From: Eukaryota sp. TZLM1-RC
Taxonomy: Eukaryota; Protista; Metamonada: BaSk clade
Direction of reading: 5' to 3'
Length of the DNA stretch: 64,000 nt
NCBI GenBank assembly: GCA_040285825.1
Contig: JAUPSS010000002.1
Location: 1,612,001-1,676,000, forward strand
The position numbers and the translations under genes are program-made. Under the pieces are notes generated by a model, which saw only the letters and a program-made list of their open reading frames with translations, was not told the origin of the DNA and made no database searches. Numbering within the stretch: position 1 is the stretch's first letter; each line of letters starts with the position of its first letter. Below are positions 1 to 11,745 of this stretch, in pieces.

Positions 1-2291
1 TCGGGGGAACCATTCTTGATAACATCATAATTGGTCGAAATTTTGACCCTACCATTGACTTTCAAAGACTTGATGACGTGTTGAGATTGAGTTGCTTTGA
101 CCAAGACATTAACTCTTTCCCAAACGGTATAGATACTCTTGTTGGGGACAGGGGATTAACTCTTTCAGGTGGACAAAAAGCCAGATTAGCTTTATCTCGA
201 TCTCTGTATTCCAATGCCGACATTTATTTAATTGATGATGTTTTTGCTGCTCTTGACGCTGAGGTGTCTAGACAAACTTTTGATGGTTTGGTGAGGTTCA
301 TCAGAGACAGTGGTAAGACATTGGTATTGTCCACTAATAATGTTGGGTTTTTGACTGTTGCTGACGCCATCTTGGTTCTTGATGAGGGTCGAGTTGCCGA
401 GAGAGGTTCGTTTAATGATTTACAAGCTACGTCTAGTGAATTTAACTTGCTTTTGCAAAAGTTTTCCACTTCCACATCAAATTCAATAACTACAGAAAGC
501 TCTCAGTCAGTATCAACCAATCAAATCATGGTTCAATCAAAATCACGTGATAAGGGTCAAAATGAAGAGGAACGGAGTCGAGGAGCAGTTAAATTGAGCG
601 TTTATTTTAAATATTTTAAAGAAATGGGTTCTACTGTTTGGATTTTTATCATAATTGGATTCTTTACATTGGGTCAATTATCCACAATAGTGGGAGATTT
701 CGTTCTTTCTCAATGGACTTCTACTGACTTTTCTGATTCTGATCGACAACCAAGGGATTATTTAGTAGGCTATCTCTTTTTCGCAACATTATCTACGATT
801 TTCCTGCTAGTTAGAGCACTATCATTAGCCAGAAGCACTATTGTTGCTTCTAAAAATCTTCACCAGTCGTTATTGAAACGAATTTTGAGTGTACCCTTGT
901 CATTTTTTGACACTACCCCCCAGGGTAGAATTTTGAACAGATTTTCCAAGGATACAGATACATTAGATCGATCTATTCTACTAACAATTACTTCCTTTTT
1001 AACTACTTGTTTTCAATTAATTGGGGTTTTCTTTGTAATTTCTATTCTGTTACCTTGGTTTTTAATTGTGATGCCTCCGATCATTATTTCTTATCTTTGG
1101 TTTCTGAAAACTTTCAGAAAATCAAGTAGGGAAATTAAGCGTCTTGAAGCCATCTCGAGAAGTCCAATCTACTCTTCCTTTGGTGAAACTTTGAATGGGT
1201 TATCAACTATACGGGCAGCAAAGTTGCAAGATTTCTTCATCAACCGTAATCACTCGTTCATTGATACTTTGTCACAATCAACTTTTTCTATGTTTTCCGC
1301 CAACAGATGGCTGGGTCTCAGGCTTGACTTTCTTGGGGTTTTGATTGTCACAACCGCTGCTATTTGTTCACTTTTATTTGGCCTCCATGGTTCGCTTGTT
1401 GGTCTTGTTCTCAGTTATGCCTTGAATGTGTCTGGATTTTGTACTTGGTTGGTTCGGATTTTCATCGAGGTTGAAACATCTTTTAATTCTGTTGATAGAG
1501 TTTGTGAATACACACAGCTCCCTACCGAAAGGCAAGTAGGTATTGACATTGAGGACTGGCCAAGGCAAGGCTTGATTGAGTTTAAGGATGTTAAAATGAG
1601 ATACAGACCCGAATTACCATTTGTCCTGAAGGGTATTTCCTTCACTGCAAACCCTCTTCAGTTTTTAGGAATCTGTGGGAGAACTGGTCAAGGAAAGTCA
1701 AGTTTGTTACGGGTGCTGCTCAGAACAGTGGAGCTGGAACCTGGAAATGGATCTGTTTTTATTGATGGTGTTGACATTTCGACATTGGCTCTGAAAACGT
1801 TGAGGTCGAACATTACTGTTATTAGCCAAGATACATTTGTTTTTAACGATACAATTAGGTCAAATATCGATCTTTTTGACCAGCACTCTGATGACGAGAT
1901 CTGGAAGGTTCTAAAGCAAGTCAATTTAGCTTCTTTTGTGGAGGGATTGGAGGGTAGGTTGGACCATTTTATTAACAAAGCAGATACACTTTCCCTTGGA
2001 CAGCGACAGTTGATTTCGTTTTGCAGGGCCCTCCTCTCTGACACGAAGATTTTATTCTTGGACGAAGCGAGTAGCTCAATTGATAATTCTTCAGATTCCA
2101 CCATTCAGTGTTTGCTTCGACAAGAATTTAATGACCGGACTGTATTAACTATTGCCCATAGACTGAATAGTTTAATGGACTATAATAAGGTAATTGTGGT
2201 TTCAGATGGAGTTGTAGCAGAAAGTGGAACTCCGAAAGATTTATTGGAAAGGAATTCTATTTTCAAAAATTTAGTCGAACAGTTTGTTTAG
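1..2291 (+). CDS. ABCC/MRP-type ABC transporter, 3' part (end of NBD1, TMD2, NBD2); 5' end lies outside the window
   Basis: Frame is open from the left edge (GGTILDNII...). NBD1 signature LSGGQKAR and YLIDDVFAALD; TMD2 FFDTTPQGRILNRFSKD and RSPIYSSFGETLNG; NBD2 Walker A GRTGQGKSS, LSLGQRQL, DEASSSID. Confidence 0.93.
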   Translation, partial: GGTILDNIIIGRNFDPTIDFQRLDDVLRLSCFDQDINSFPNGIDTLVGDRGLTLSGGQKARLALSRSLYSNADIYLIDDVFAALDAEVSRQTFDGLVRFIRDSGKTLVLSTNNVGFLTVADAILVLDEGRVAERGSFNDLQATSSEFNLLLQKFSTSTSNSITTESSQSVSTNQIMVQSKSRDKGQNEEERSRGAVKLSVYFKYFKEMGSTVWIFIIIGFFTLGQLSTIVGDFVLSQWTSTDFSDSDRQPRDYLVGYLFFATLSTIFLLVRALSLARSTIVASKNLHQSLLKRILSVPLSFFDTTPQGRILNRFSKDTDTLDRSILLTITSFLTTCFQLIGVFFVISILLPWFLIVMPPIIISYLWFLKTFRKSSREIKRLEAISRSPIYSSFGETLNGLSTIRAAKLQDFFINRNHSFIDTLSQSTFSMFSANRWLGLRLDFLGVLIVTTAAICSLLFGLHGSLVGLVLSYALNVSGFCTWLVRIFIEVETSFNSVDRVCEYTQLPTERQVGIDIEDWPRQGLIEFKDVKMRYRPELPFVLKGISFTANPLQFLGICGRTGQGKSSLLRVLLRTVELEPGNGSVFIDGVDISTLALKTLRSNITVISQDTFVFNDTIRSNIDLFDQHSDDEIWKVLKQVNLASFVEGLEGRLDHFINKADTLSLGQRQLISFCRALLSDTKILFLDEASSSIDNSSDSTIQCLLRQEFNDRTVLTIAHRLNSLMDYNKVIVVSDGVVAESGTPKDLLERNSIFKNLVEQFV

Positions 2292-2759
2292 TGTCTTGTT
2301 AAATTTATTAATTTTCTAAATTAAATTTTATACAAAATTGGTTGTAACTAAATAGAGCAACTATTAGATTGTCAGAATCAATGTTTTTCATTAAATGTTT
2401 AAAACCAAAAAACAATAAGTCTTACATCAAATAACAGTGTTTATGTTTGCTATGGAGTTCACCTAATATTTGGGCCAATCAATGCTATTTTCTTCAATAG
2501 AATATTCAACAAAAACCATTTTTACTAAAAACCAGGGAATTTAAGGGAATCTCTTCTTTTGACGGTAAGTTTTTGTTATTCATCAGTGGTGGAGGTAATA
2601 CCTTTGTTTTGAATTATGCACTTTCGCACAGATATTCTGATACCCTGTGCTATGTATCATTGTTTGTGTTTGTTTTGGTAAAACCAGAATTTAACTGATG
2701 TTTTTGGTTATTGATTTTATGTATGCTTTACATTATATTATGCTATCTTATTTAAATAA

Positions 2760-2935
2760 AACTTCGTATTAAAGTTCTTAATAAACTTTGTAAAACCCCG
2801 CAAAGTTCGCATTTTATACTAAATTAATTCTTAGTTTTAAATATCATTTACTCATTCACCATTGTGAAACCTTTATGTCACCTAAACTTAAATCAACTAC
2901 TTCTGATACAACCAAACGTAAAACAGATTCTAGAG
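2760..2935 (+). repeat. Unclassified dispersed repeat, copy 1 (homologous to 17853-18022)
   Basis: Shared blocks cgcaaagtt(c/g)gcattttatactaaa and ttcaccattgtgaaac..ttatgtcacctaaac.taaatcaact occur in both copies. Confidence 0.75.
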
Positions 2936-3324
2936 GTAGAGCTTCTGCAGTTACTCCAAAGACCAGGAAAACCTCGAGTGACCTTAGAGCCAACTGAGTT
3001 TATTCCACAATTGTCTATTGATGAGTCTTTTCCACTGACTGATCCGCATATGGATGAATCATTGAAAATGTTTCATTCGATAGATTAGTCAATTTGAGGT
3101 GTATTGACATTGAAACAAATCCTGAAATCCAGTACAAACACAAAGTCGAATATTTAAGATTTTTGGTCACTTTTCAGTATCAAAAAGACAATTCTCAAAC
3201 AAGATTGGTTAAAAAAGACAGTTCAATCATTGTCAATTCAATTACTAATTCTAAAAGATCAGAATTTATTTGTTTTTATTAATTATTTTGATGCGACAAT
3301 TGATTCTTTAGAACAAAAATTAAC

Positions 3325-3770
3325 AAAATTAGAGTTCTCAATCCAATCAAAGTATACATCACCTCTATCATCAGAACCAAAACTATTCAATGACAGTGTT
3401 GCCTTCAGCAGGGGCTCTTTGATACACGATATTCTTGCAGTTTGTGCCATATTGAAAACAGTGTCTCTAACAGCATCATGTAATGAAGAACGATAAGTTA
3501 TCAATTTCGAACAATTCATGGCATGAGGCAAGGTGAGTTGTAGTGAATTCGAACAAATACATTTTTCTTTTGATAATAATTGATTAATGGGGATATTCAT
3601 ATAAAATCTCATTTTTGTTACAAACGCATCATTAGTAGCACACAGTCCACATCTTTGTGGTACAATGGTTACAAACAGTGAAGAATCTGATGACTTGTTT
3701 TCACAAACACCCTTTTCCAATAACAATGCGTAAAGATCTTGATTTAAAACAGCTGAGCTGCATATATTAT
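3325..3770 (-). mobile_element. Family A RLE non-LTR retrotransposon, internal fragment (CCHC zinc motif and start of RLE)
   Basis: KCICSN...HAMNC, RSSLHDAVRD, KEP, DRGDVY; near-identical to other A copies. Confidence 0.85.
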
Positions 3771-5001
3771 TCATTTTTATTCATTGGAGATGTATGTAAT
3801 TTCAACAGTATTGATACTCTTCAGTTATGCAACAAGGTACCAATCAATGAAATCATTGTTCATCTATGATCAAAAACTTGATGAGAACATTTACACTGCA
3901 ACAAAATGCTAAATTGTAAAAGTTATGCTCCAGCAAATGAATTCTAATTTGACCACCACAAAATCCAAGTCAAAGAAAGGAAAGTCTAATTTACCTAGTA
4001 TATTTCATGATATACGGGTAAATTGGGAAAATTATCTTCAAAACTTTTTCATGCTAATGGTGGACGTCAGTCGTATTTCTCTGAAGAATTGATAAAAAAA
4101 CGCTGAAAAGGAAAAACCTAATCCTTTATTCATTTACAACGATCAGTGAGTGTGGAAAAGAAAGGTGTTTAGAATATTGGATTTAAGATTTATTTAACTT
4201 TGATAGAAGCAGGCGTATTTTGAGTTGCCAATAAACAAAACCTTTGTCTTCAAATTTCTTTTTGATTACAAAAACAGTACTGAGAACTTTGCTGTTTCAA
4301 AGCAAAGAACAGTTATTTCCTGGGAAGTAACTAGTCTGTACAAACAATATGAATAAATTTGTTCCAAGTAAGAAGCAAAGAATTGAGGAAGCTAAAGGAT
4401 TTTGTTTTCAAAATTGAATTGATTCTCAACAAATTCAAATCCAACGAAATACTTGTAATCTCATGAACTTGAATAATCTGAGTTTGCAAAAATTCTTTAA
4501 TATGGGGGAAACTCAAACCAATTATTTGATATTTTTGATGTCAAGATTTCAAAGTTGAGTTCACCGATCCCTTGAAAATTGCAAACTTAATAATCATCAT
4601 CTTATCGTTAAGAACGAACAAAAATATTCAAACCAGTGAAAAATCAAGATGACTGTTCTTAATATAACTTTTATCCATTCCTCATTTCCTCAGTAGTTTG
4701 AGAACTCAACATTTCCAAGTTGTTTATAATCAATAAATCATAATCAAGACTGACAACATTCCTCTTTGCCCTATTAACTCTGTGAAACGCGTTTGTATGT
4801 TCAATGAATAATCTGTGCTACTGTGAAACAAAATCAGAAAATTCTGCTGTAGAATTGGAAATCAAGAATAGTGATCAATGATCGTAATAAGTGAACATTT
4901 GTTCAATAAATGAGCTTTTATCATCCAAATCTCCTCATCATCTAGTAACCCTCGTTGATTACTAGATGCTTATTCCATACCTGTACATGGATTATGATAT
5001 T

Positions 5002-5094
5002 GTGTTGGCGCCTTTAGGCTTACATAGAATAGGGGTAAAATAAATCAACTTTATCTCATTCATTGTATGTTAAGTTCACGACTTAAGGCAACAC
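5002..5094. mobile_element. Short TIR-bounded (MITE-like) element, copy 1
   Basis: gtgttggcgcctttaggctta...aaatcaacttt...cttaaggcaacac; termini GTGTTG/CAACAC; two other copies at 8922 and 11983. Confidence 0.6.
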
Positions 5095-5596
5095 TTGGTG
5101 CTTTAACCATCATGTGATCGTGGTACATATTGTTCGATCTAAGATATGGCTCGCGACTTTGTCAATTGCATGAATTGGTCAGGAGCCATAAATTCCCTGT
5201 GATCCAATAAACACTTTCTAACTCATTAACGCAATCCCCATTAGTTGAAACCATTTTATTGATCTTTGCTCTGGCTCTGTGATTGGAAGTTGCTTGTGCT
5301 CTTCAATTGCATTAATTTCGGGATTGTTTTTATTAATCTATGGTACTCTGTTTGTTTCCCCTAAAAAAATGAAAGATGACCAAAGATGAGCAAAAAATTG
5401 TAAATAATCGAGATGTTTCACTGAGATATTCGATCGAACAAAGAAAATCCCTGTAAATCAAGTTGCTGAAAATATTCCGGGCCAAATTGTATAAATGTTT
5501 TGAATTGTAAATTGAATATAATTACTCCTATCAAAATTGTATAGATGTTTTGTTTCAAGTCTTTGTCAAACTTTCAACTCTAATACATTTAAGCTG

Positions 5597-6190
5597 ATGT
5601 CTTGGGAGACCAATATTCTATCCCGGTTGCGCACTTCAAAGACCAAGTCTCCCCAGAAACCTGTTCTTGAACCTTCATCCACTGAGACTCCTTCCTCTTC
5701 TTTTTCTCTTAAATCATCCTCATTTGAACCTAGCTCGGATCCATCTAATATTACTCTAACTGCTTCTAACCTTTTCAACCATCGTGACACTCTTTCAGCC
5801 AGAGATTCTTATTCCCAGTCAAGTGCACCTGAGGAAGTCAGCATCCGAGTTACCCCGTCCAAGAAAAAGAACAATAATTTAGACTACATCAAACCAAAAC
5901 CAAAACAAAAGCAACCAAGATCAAATTCAATTAAGCAACCATCCTCCACGAAGCTTGTTCACCTGGATCTCACCCAGTTCTCCACTATTTCAAGGGTGAC
6001 GCACGAAGGTTTGTCCACCCCGACGGTGAGTACCACTGTAAAGAAAAGCGGCAGGAAGTTGTACTCAGACAGAGTGTGTCTCCCATCAGATGTACCTGAT
6101 GGGCATGTTATTCATGTAGATTTGTGTGATGTACAGTGTCTGACAGGAGAACGGCAAAAATCTAGAATTGTTGATTTGAGTTGTTTATAA
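5597..6190 (+). CDS. Ser/Lys-rich low-complexity hypothetical protein (start MSWETNIL)
   Basis: ~197-codon ORF with higher GC than its flanks; no recognisable domain. Confidence 0.55.
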   Translation: MSWETNILSRLRTSKTKSPQKPVLEPSSTETPSSSFSLKSSSFEPSSDPSNITLTASNLFNHRDTLSARDSYSQSSAPEEVSIRVTPSKKKNNNLDYIKPKPKQKQPRSNSIKQPSSTKLVHLDLTQFSTISRVTHEGLSTPTVSTTVKKSGRKLYSDRVCLPSDVPDGHVIHVDLCDVQCLTGERQKSRIVDLSCL

Positions 6191-7174
6191 TGTCATTAAC
6201 TTATTTTGTTATTTATTTTGCTTTTCTTTTTCAATATCTAAAGTTTCAGGGGAATTTATATCAAGTTAATTGAATCATCAAAATCTTGGAAACATTAATT
6301 ATTGTTTCTGTAAATAAAGTTAATATTGTTTTGTATATATTCCAATAAAGTTACTATCTTCTGTTACTTTTAAGGATGTTTCTGTTGGAACTAAAGAAGC
6401 CTCAGAAACTAACCAGTTTTCAACTGTGAAATCATTTTAATTCTCAATTATAGATGAAGATTAATTCTTTGAATATATAAGGAGAAATAGGTTGTTATAC
6501 AATACCGTAAAAACTTTGGCCACCGAATAATTATTTGGCTTTATTATTGCAAAGTATTGTTACTCCGTATTTGTTCCAGATCAATTAACGAGATTAATAG
6601 GAATGACAGTTATTGATGACATCACCATTTACATTAATGTTTGAGTTTTGGCTTATGTCAACTTGACGTGGGAATAAAGATTTTGAATCAAACGATCTCA
6701 ATCAACAACAAAATATTCTTTGGTATTTGTATGATAAAAGCGATGAACGAAGCTTTAGAACACAAGTAAAGATTTTTTGACATATATTTGAATGGTGTCA
6801 TTTTCTCAACACTATTGCGTTTGGAGAAGATTACGTCCTTTAAATTTGTTGTACCCTTTTTGTGTCAATATAGAGCAGTTTTAAAGAAAGAGACACGGCT
6901 CTAATATAGTTCCGTGGGAAATATCCTCTCAGAGCAAAGGAATTATTGGTACACCTTGAACCGAAAATAATTTACCTAAAATAAATTTGAATCGCTTCAT
7001 GCGTGGTTCATAGATTGTATTCTGTACAATAATATTAATGGCCCACTTCACATTCTCTATTCTCTTTCTCTGTTTCTTAAAATTAGTCTCTGACAGAAAC
7101 TAATTACGATGAAATACTAAATGATACTAAATGCTGTAGGTAACATTTATTGAATGACACTAAAACAATGGAAA

Positions 7175-8354
7175 TTAAGCAAGACCATAGAAAGCCTTCT
7201 TTTCATCTTGGGTTTGGAAACGTCCGTGACCAAGTTTGGAAGAAGTATCGATGAACTTGAGATCGATTTCTTCTTGGAACTTACGACCAGCGGGAGCAAG
7301 AAGAGGTTGGCGAATAGTGACCATGCGTTTCTTGGGTCCTGCAACACAACCCTTGATCATGATGAAATCATTTCTGAGAATACCATAATGAGGGAAACCG
7401 CCGAGAGGAGTCATCTTCTTAGGAGTGATGTCATAAGAAGTGCTAGCCCCTTGCTCGTCATCATGAGTTCCCATTCTGTAGATGATCTTGTTAATTTCAG
7501 TACGATGATGGAAACCATGTTGACCAGCACGGGCTACTGAGTACATGACCCGAGCAGGATGCCAGGCACCGATACAAGCAACCTTGCGGAGACCTTTATT
7601 AGTCTTACGAGGTTGGATGGAGGTACCCCAACGGGTAGTTACACCTTCAAAACCTTTACCCTTGGTGATTGTGATGGCATCAAGAGTACCACCACTTTGG
7701 AAAACTTGATCAACACGGACGGGCTTTTCAAAGAGACCATAACCAAAGTCAACCTTTTGTTCAACGGAACCACCATTGATTTGAATTTCCATGATATGAG
7801 CCTTCTTTTGTTTTAAGGAAGTGAGATGGGGCTGTGTGTGAGCCAAAACACGGATAACGGTACAGTAGCGCTTCATTCTGCGAAGTTCTTCTTGAATTTC
7901 TTCAGGACGTTCAATATATTTTTTTTCATAGTGGGAGAATGCCTTTTTCTTGGAGGAAGCCCAGTTCTTGTAGAAACGCCTCTTACATTGGGCACTGAGA
8001 TGTTGAGCCCAGACAGTGGACAGTGTACGGAGACCCTTGGGGGTTTCAGTATAACCAACGACACCAACGACAACCATGGCGGGAGCTTCAAGAATGGTAA
8101 CAGCTTCAACAACTTCCTTGCGATGGAGTTTCGATCCTGGACGATTGACCTCTCTGACGATGTGAGTCATTCCAGCCTTGAAAGATGCGAATGCGGTAAG
8201 ATGGGGTGGTTTGGAAGGATCATCCTTGGGGAAGGACTTGATCCTACCACGTCCACGACGGCAACGTTTTCTGGGGAGGAAACCAAGAGAACCATAGCGG
8301 GGAGCTTCAAACTGCTGTGAGAACTAAATAGGAACGTACCTTTCTGTGACTCAT
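7175..8354 (-). CDS. RPL3: 60S ribosomal protein L3 (uL3), 383 aa; exons 8354-8340 and 8311-7175, 28-nt intron 8312-8339
   Basis: Splicing gtacgttcc...ctcacagcag restores MSHRK|[16 protein letters not shown]; contains [16 protein letters not shown] and [13 protein letters not shown]. Confidence 0.98.
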
Positions 8355-8664
8355 GTATTCAAGGAAAAGAGTGATTCTAAGTTTTTTCCCCTTTCGATAT
8401 TAAATTCACCATCTGAAATCTACCGTTAATTGATGCAGGATTATTACATTTATGAGAGTCATGAGGGGACTGTGTATGGGAACCTATCAATTGTTATTTT
8501 AGGTCTCGATTAGCACATTTGATTAACTCACACCCAACCGAAACCAAATGACTTTGTTGTGTGATTTTTGTAATCATTGGAACTGAATTTGAAAGCTGGA
8601 CTGTTTTCAATGTGAATTTTCTAGAACATTGGTCACTAACAATCTAAATTGATCAAGATTTTCT

Positions 8665-8910
8665 TTATTGAACTACAACAGTGAGTAAAATTAAATCAGA
8701 ACTAAAGGGACTCAATTCATTGAACGAAGATTTTCTCTACAAAATCCAGATCTGCTTGTTCTCTTGCCATTGCTTCTCTTATTCGATAAAAGAACCAAGA
8801 TAATCTATTAATTATAGCAAATTTAATCCTCGACCAGTACAAAAACACTCACTTCAGTGTTGTCTCTTGAACCATTTTTTGGAAATCATTCAAAAAAATT
8901 GCTGCTTGAG
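8665..8910 (-). mobile_element. Family A retrotransposon 3'-end fragment
   Basis: Matches the A 3' end (cattgaac.aagattttctctacaaaatc..gatctgcttg) and terminal tttattgaa (AATAAA on minus strand). Confidence 0.7.
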
Positions 8911-8921
8911 TACAACAACGA

Positions 8922-8999
8922 CAATGTTGGCGTCTTTAGGCTTATATAATAAGAGTAGAAAAAAAATCAACTTTATTCAAATTCTCTGACTTAAGGCAA
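8922..8999. mobile_element. Short TIR-bounded (MITE-like) element, copy 2
   Basis: caatgttggcgtctttaggctta...aaatcaacttt...gacttaaggcaa. Confidence 0.55.
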
Positions 9000-9052
9000 A
9001 AAAATAAAAAATTAATAAAGATTGTGAGATAAGCCCACAACTGAACATCAAA

Positions 9053-9753
9053 TCAAACTTCTAGTTTCTTCCTTTTATTTGGAGGAGCAATCTCCACATC
9101 ACTGTCTGTTTCCAAAGAAATTGCTTCAGAAACTTCTTTGGGTTTAGTTCCCATACCATCAGCAATCATATTCACTACATTCATGCAAAGACATTTTCGC
9201 CTTTGCCATTGTTTTAAAGCCAAATTGAAACGTTCGACAGTAGACTTTCGGACATGCGGATCGACAACGTTGTTCTCTTCTACCAGAGACTTTAATCTTG
9301 ATTGCATTTTAGTTGTTTGGGATGTGAGAAGTTCTATTTGATTATCTAAATCAAGATCTTCAGGTTCTGCGGCTAAAGTTTTAGCTTCCTTTTGTAAGAC
9401 AGAAATTTCATCAGATATTTGACTGATTTGATCACGAAGTGATTTTATTTCACAATCGAGAGCATCTAGCTCATCTTGTGAAGGTGCATCCTCGGGGTTT
9501 TGTATTGGGAGATATACTTTGTTCTTACCATAATCTTGTGAAGTGATCTTCTCTTTATCCACCAGCTCAGTAAGTACTTTCTTCATCTGGCCGATGGCCA
9601 CAGCACCTCCAAGTCCATCGACAATGTTTTGAGCTCCTGAGGTGAGAAGGGAACAGAACAAACCGTACCAAAAGGTCTGTTATTATTATTTATATAATCC
9701 ATTGCGCGTTGAGCAGCTTCGTCATTTGAAAGTTTCTTTGCTTTTGGGGCCAT
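9053..9753 (-). CDS. HOP2: Meiotic recombination factor Hop2/TBPIP (PSMC3IP), 222 aa; exons 9753-9669 and 9636-9053, 32-nt intron 9637-9668
   Basis: Spliced product NNRPF|GAQNIVDGL; winged-helix KITSQDYGKNKVY, coiled coil, C-terminal WQRRKCLC...ISLETD, all typical of Hop2. Confidence 0.88.
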
Positions 9754-9939
9754 TGTTGAAGATGGATGTACAAAGATGTGAAAGCAGGGAAATGTAAAAG
9801 GCCCAATCCAGTCTGTATTGGAAATCCAATCATTCACCAAAACTAGTTTAGCTCGGCCGACCTAAATTCTACTAAATTTCATTAATATAAACTTTATATT
9901 ATGTGTGATTTTTAATCTTTTTTTAATCACTCACTTTTC

Positions 9940-11745
9940 AACGTCCTCCTTTTTCTCAACTTGATGTCTTATTGTCGGTTCGATTGAATTCCTCCATTTT
10001 CCATGTCAGACACTCTCAGTGATACTGACTGGACTGCAAAAAGTACCGAACGTGATGTTGACAAATCAACCTCCTCAACCACCAATCGTTCTCATTCTCC
10101 CCACCTGTCACTCCATGCTGGAAAATTATTGGAAAAAAATTTAAATGAAAATTTTTCTAAACCACGCCGCAAATGTAGTAAATGTCGAAAATCCGGACAT
10201 AACATTTCAACTTGTCCGCTTATCCAAAAGGAAAAACTTAATGCTCGTGCTGCTACTGCTGATTTAAATTTTTCATTATCACACAATCCTGAAAATGAAT
10301 TTTTAATTGAGATTCCCGATAACATTTCTGACAAAGAAGATCAAAAAGAGGACAAAAAATGTGTTTTTTGTCAAAAGCTTGTTGCTGTCAACGATTCTGG
10401 TCGACCTTTATTTTTTGTGATTCATGTGTTGCCGCTGATCAGCTACGTTGTCCCATTCGTGTTCCTGCTCAGCTTAGTCCGTTGGCTTTGATACCTTTTG
10501 CTGTTGTTCTTCGTGCTTTTACTGAAAATCTCCGCAAAGGATTATGGGATGTCACACCGATTTGGAAATTTTTTTTGAAAAAGGATAAAAAACTTTTTTT
10601 TTTAAAACTGGAATATTTATTGAGATTAAAACAACCCATCTAGAATTCAATATTCTCCAAACAAGCGTCACTATTACTGAACCTACTCACAGCATTACGT
10701 TCATATTCTACACCAATAGCTAAAAGTGCCTTTGAAATCATTGTTGGAATAGACTTGAAAATGCAAAAAACAATTCTATTTAACCAGAAAGTGGAGTTCA
10801 TTGTTTTACCAGACCTATTAGTAACACTTTTTTAAAATTTTCAAAAAAGTGCAACACTGAAGGTCCAATATTGCCAAAAAGAGAAATTGCAAACGGCACA
10901 AACTGATATTTCACATGTTCCACTCTACCTAACTGTGCCAAAGGTTCTTCATATTTTTTATTTTCTTTTTTTCGGCGTTAGATAACGGCGAATCAGCGGA
11001 ATACACTAAACTTAAAACTTTATCGAAAAAATCAAATTTTAAAAAAATGTTTTTTCGAAAGAAAAATTAGTAAGAAAATTAGCTTTAAAAAAACGTATTG
11101 GATCTGCAAAGCAATGCCTATTCTCTTCTGATTTAGCTGAATGTAATGAGAGCGCATTGTTCCAATTGAATCATCTTCATCCAGAAGAAAATTTTCTTTG
11201 TCCTAAACCAGATTCAGTTGATTATTGGCTGCAAAATCCTGTTAATGCTTCAGAGGTATTGAAACTGATTCAGCAAATGCCTACTGGAAAAGCTCCCGGG
11301 CCATCTTTGTTAAATTTTGACATGATTAAATCGGCTGTTGGACAGTGTCCTGAAATTGCTGATGATCTTGTTCTGTTTTTTAACAATCTTCTTACGTTAA
11401 AAATTAAAGTCCCTTTTGAGATGACCAGTGCTCGCTTAATTGCCCTCAAAAAAAGTCAATCCAAAATCCGTCCAATTGCAATTGGAGAATCGTTTTCAAG
11501 AATTCTTGCGTCTCTTGTTTTTAATAGAATTGGGAAAATAGCCAAAGAATTTTTCAGTCCATTTCAATTTGGAATCAAGACAATTGATGGTGCTTCATCT
11601 GCTGCTCTTTCGTCTGATGTGTTTTTTAATTCTAGTGATTCTAATTACATCTTCAATTTAGATTTTAAGAATGCTTTTAATTCTGTTTCTCGTTCTTCCA
11701 TTTTGCCTTTGCTGCGAAAGCATTTTCCTGAAGTTGAGCCCTTTT
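9940..11745 (+). mobile_element. Family C RLE non-LTR retrotransposon, 5' half (zinc knuckle plus N-terminal RT), interrupted by an antisense C fragment
   Basis: CSKCRKSGHNISTC knuckle; RT motifs GKAPGPS, IRPIAIGE, QFGIKT, LDFKNAFNSV; 5' boundary approximate. Confidence 0.8.
10594..11013 (-). mobile_element. 5'-truncated family C copy (3' end with poly(A)) inserted antisense into another C copy
   Basis: T10 tract at 10594-10603; sequence matches the C 3' end at 58110-58530; aaaacttt occurs on both sides. Confidence 0.8.

Noticed and set aside
3900-4960. Possible decayed coding sequence (also 32560-33060 and 37400-38300)
   Set aside because: Multiple stops and no identifiable motif; cannot assign.
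7147-8320. Plus-strand ORFs overlapping RPL3 (and similar antisense ORFs over ABCC, SmsCB, NAT10, M20)
   Set aside because: Shadow ORFs of well-conserved genes on the opposite strand; no motifs.
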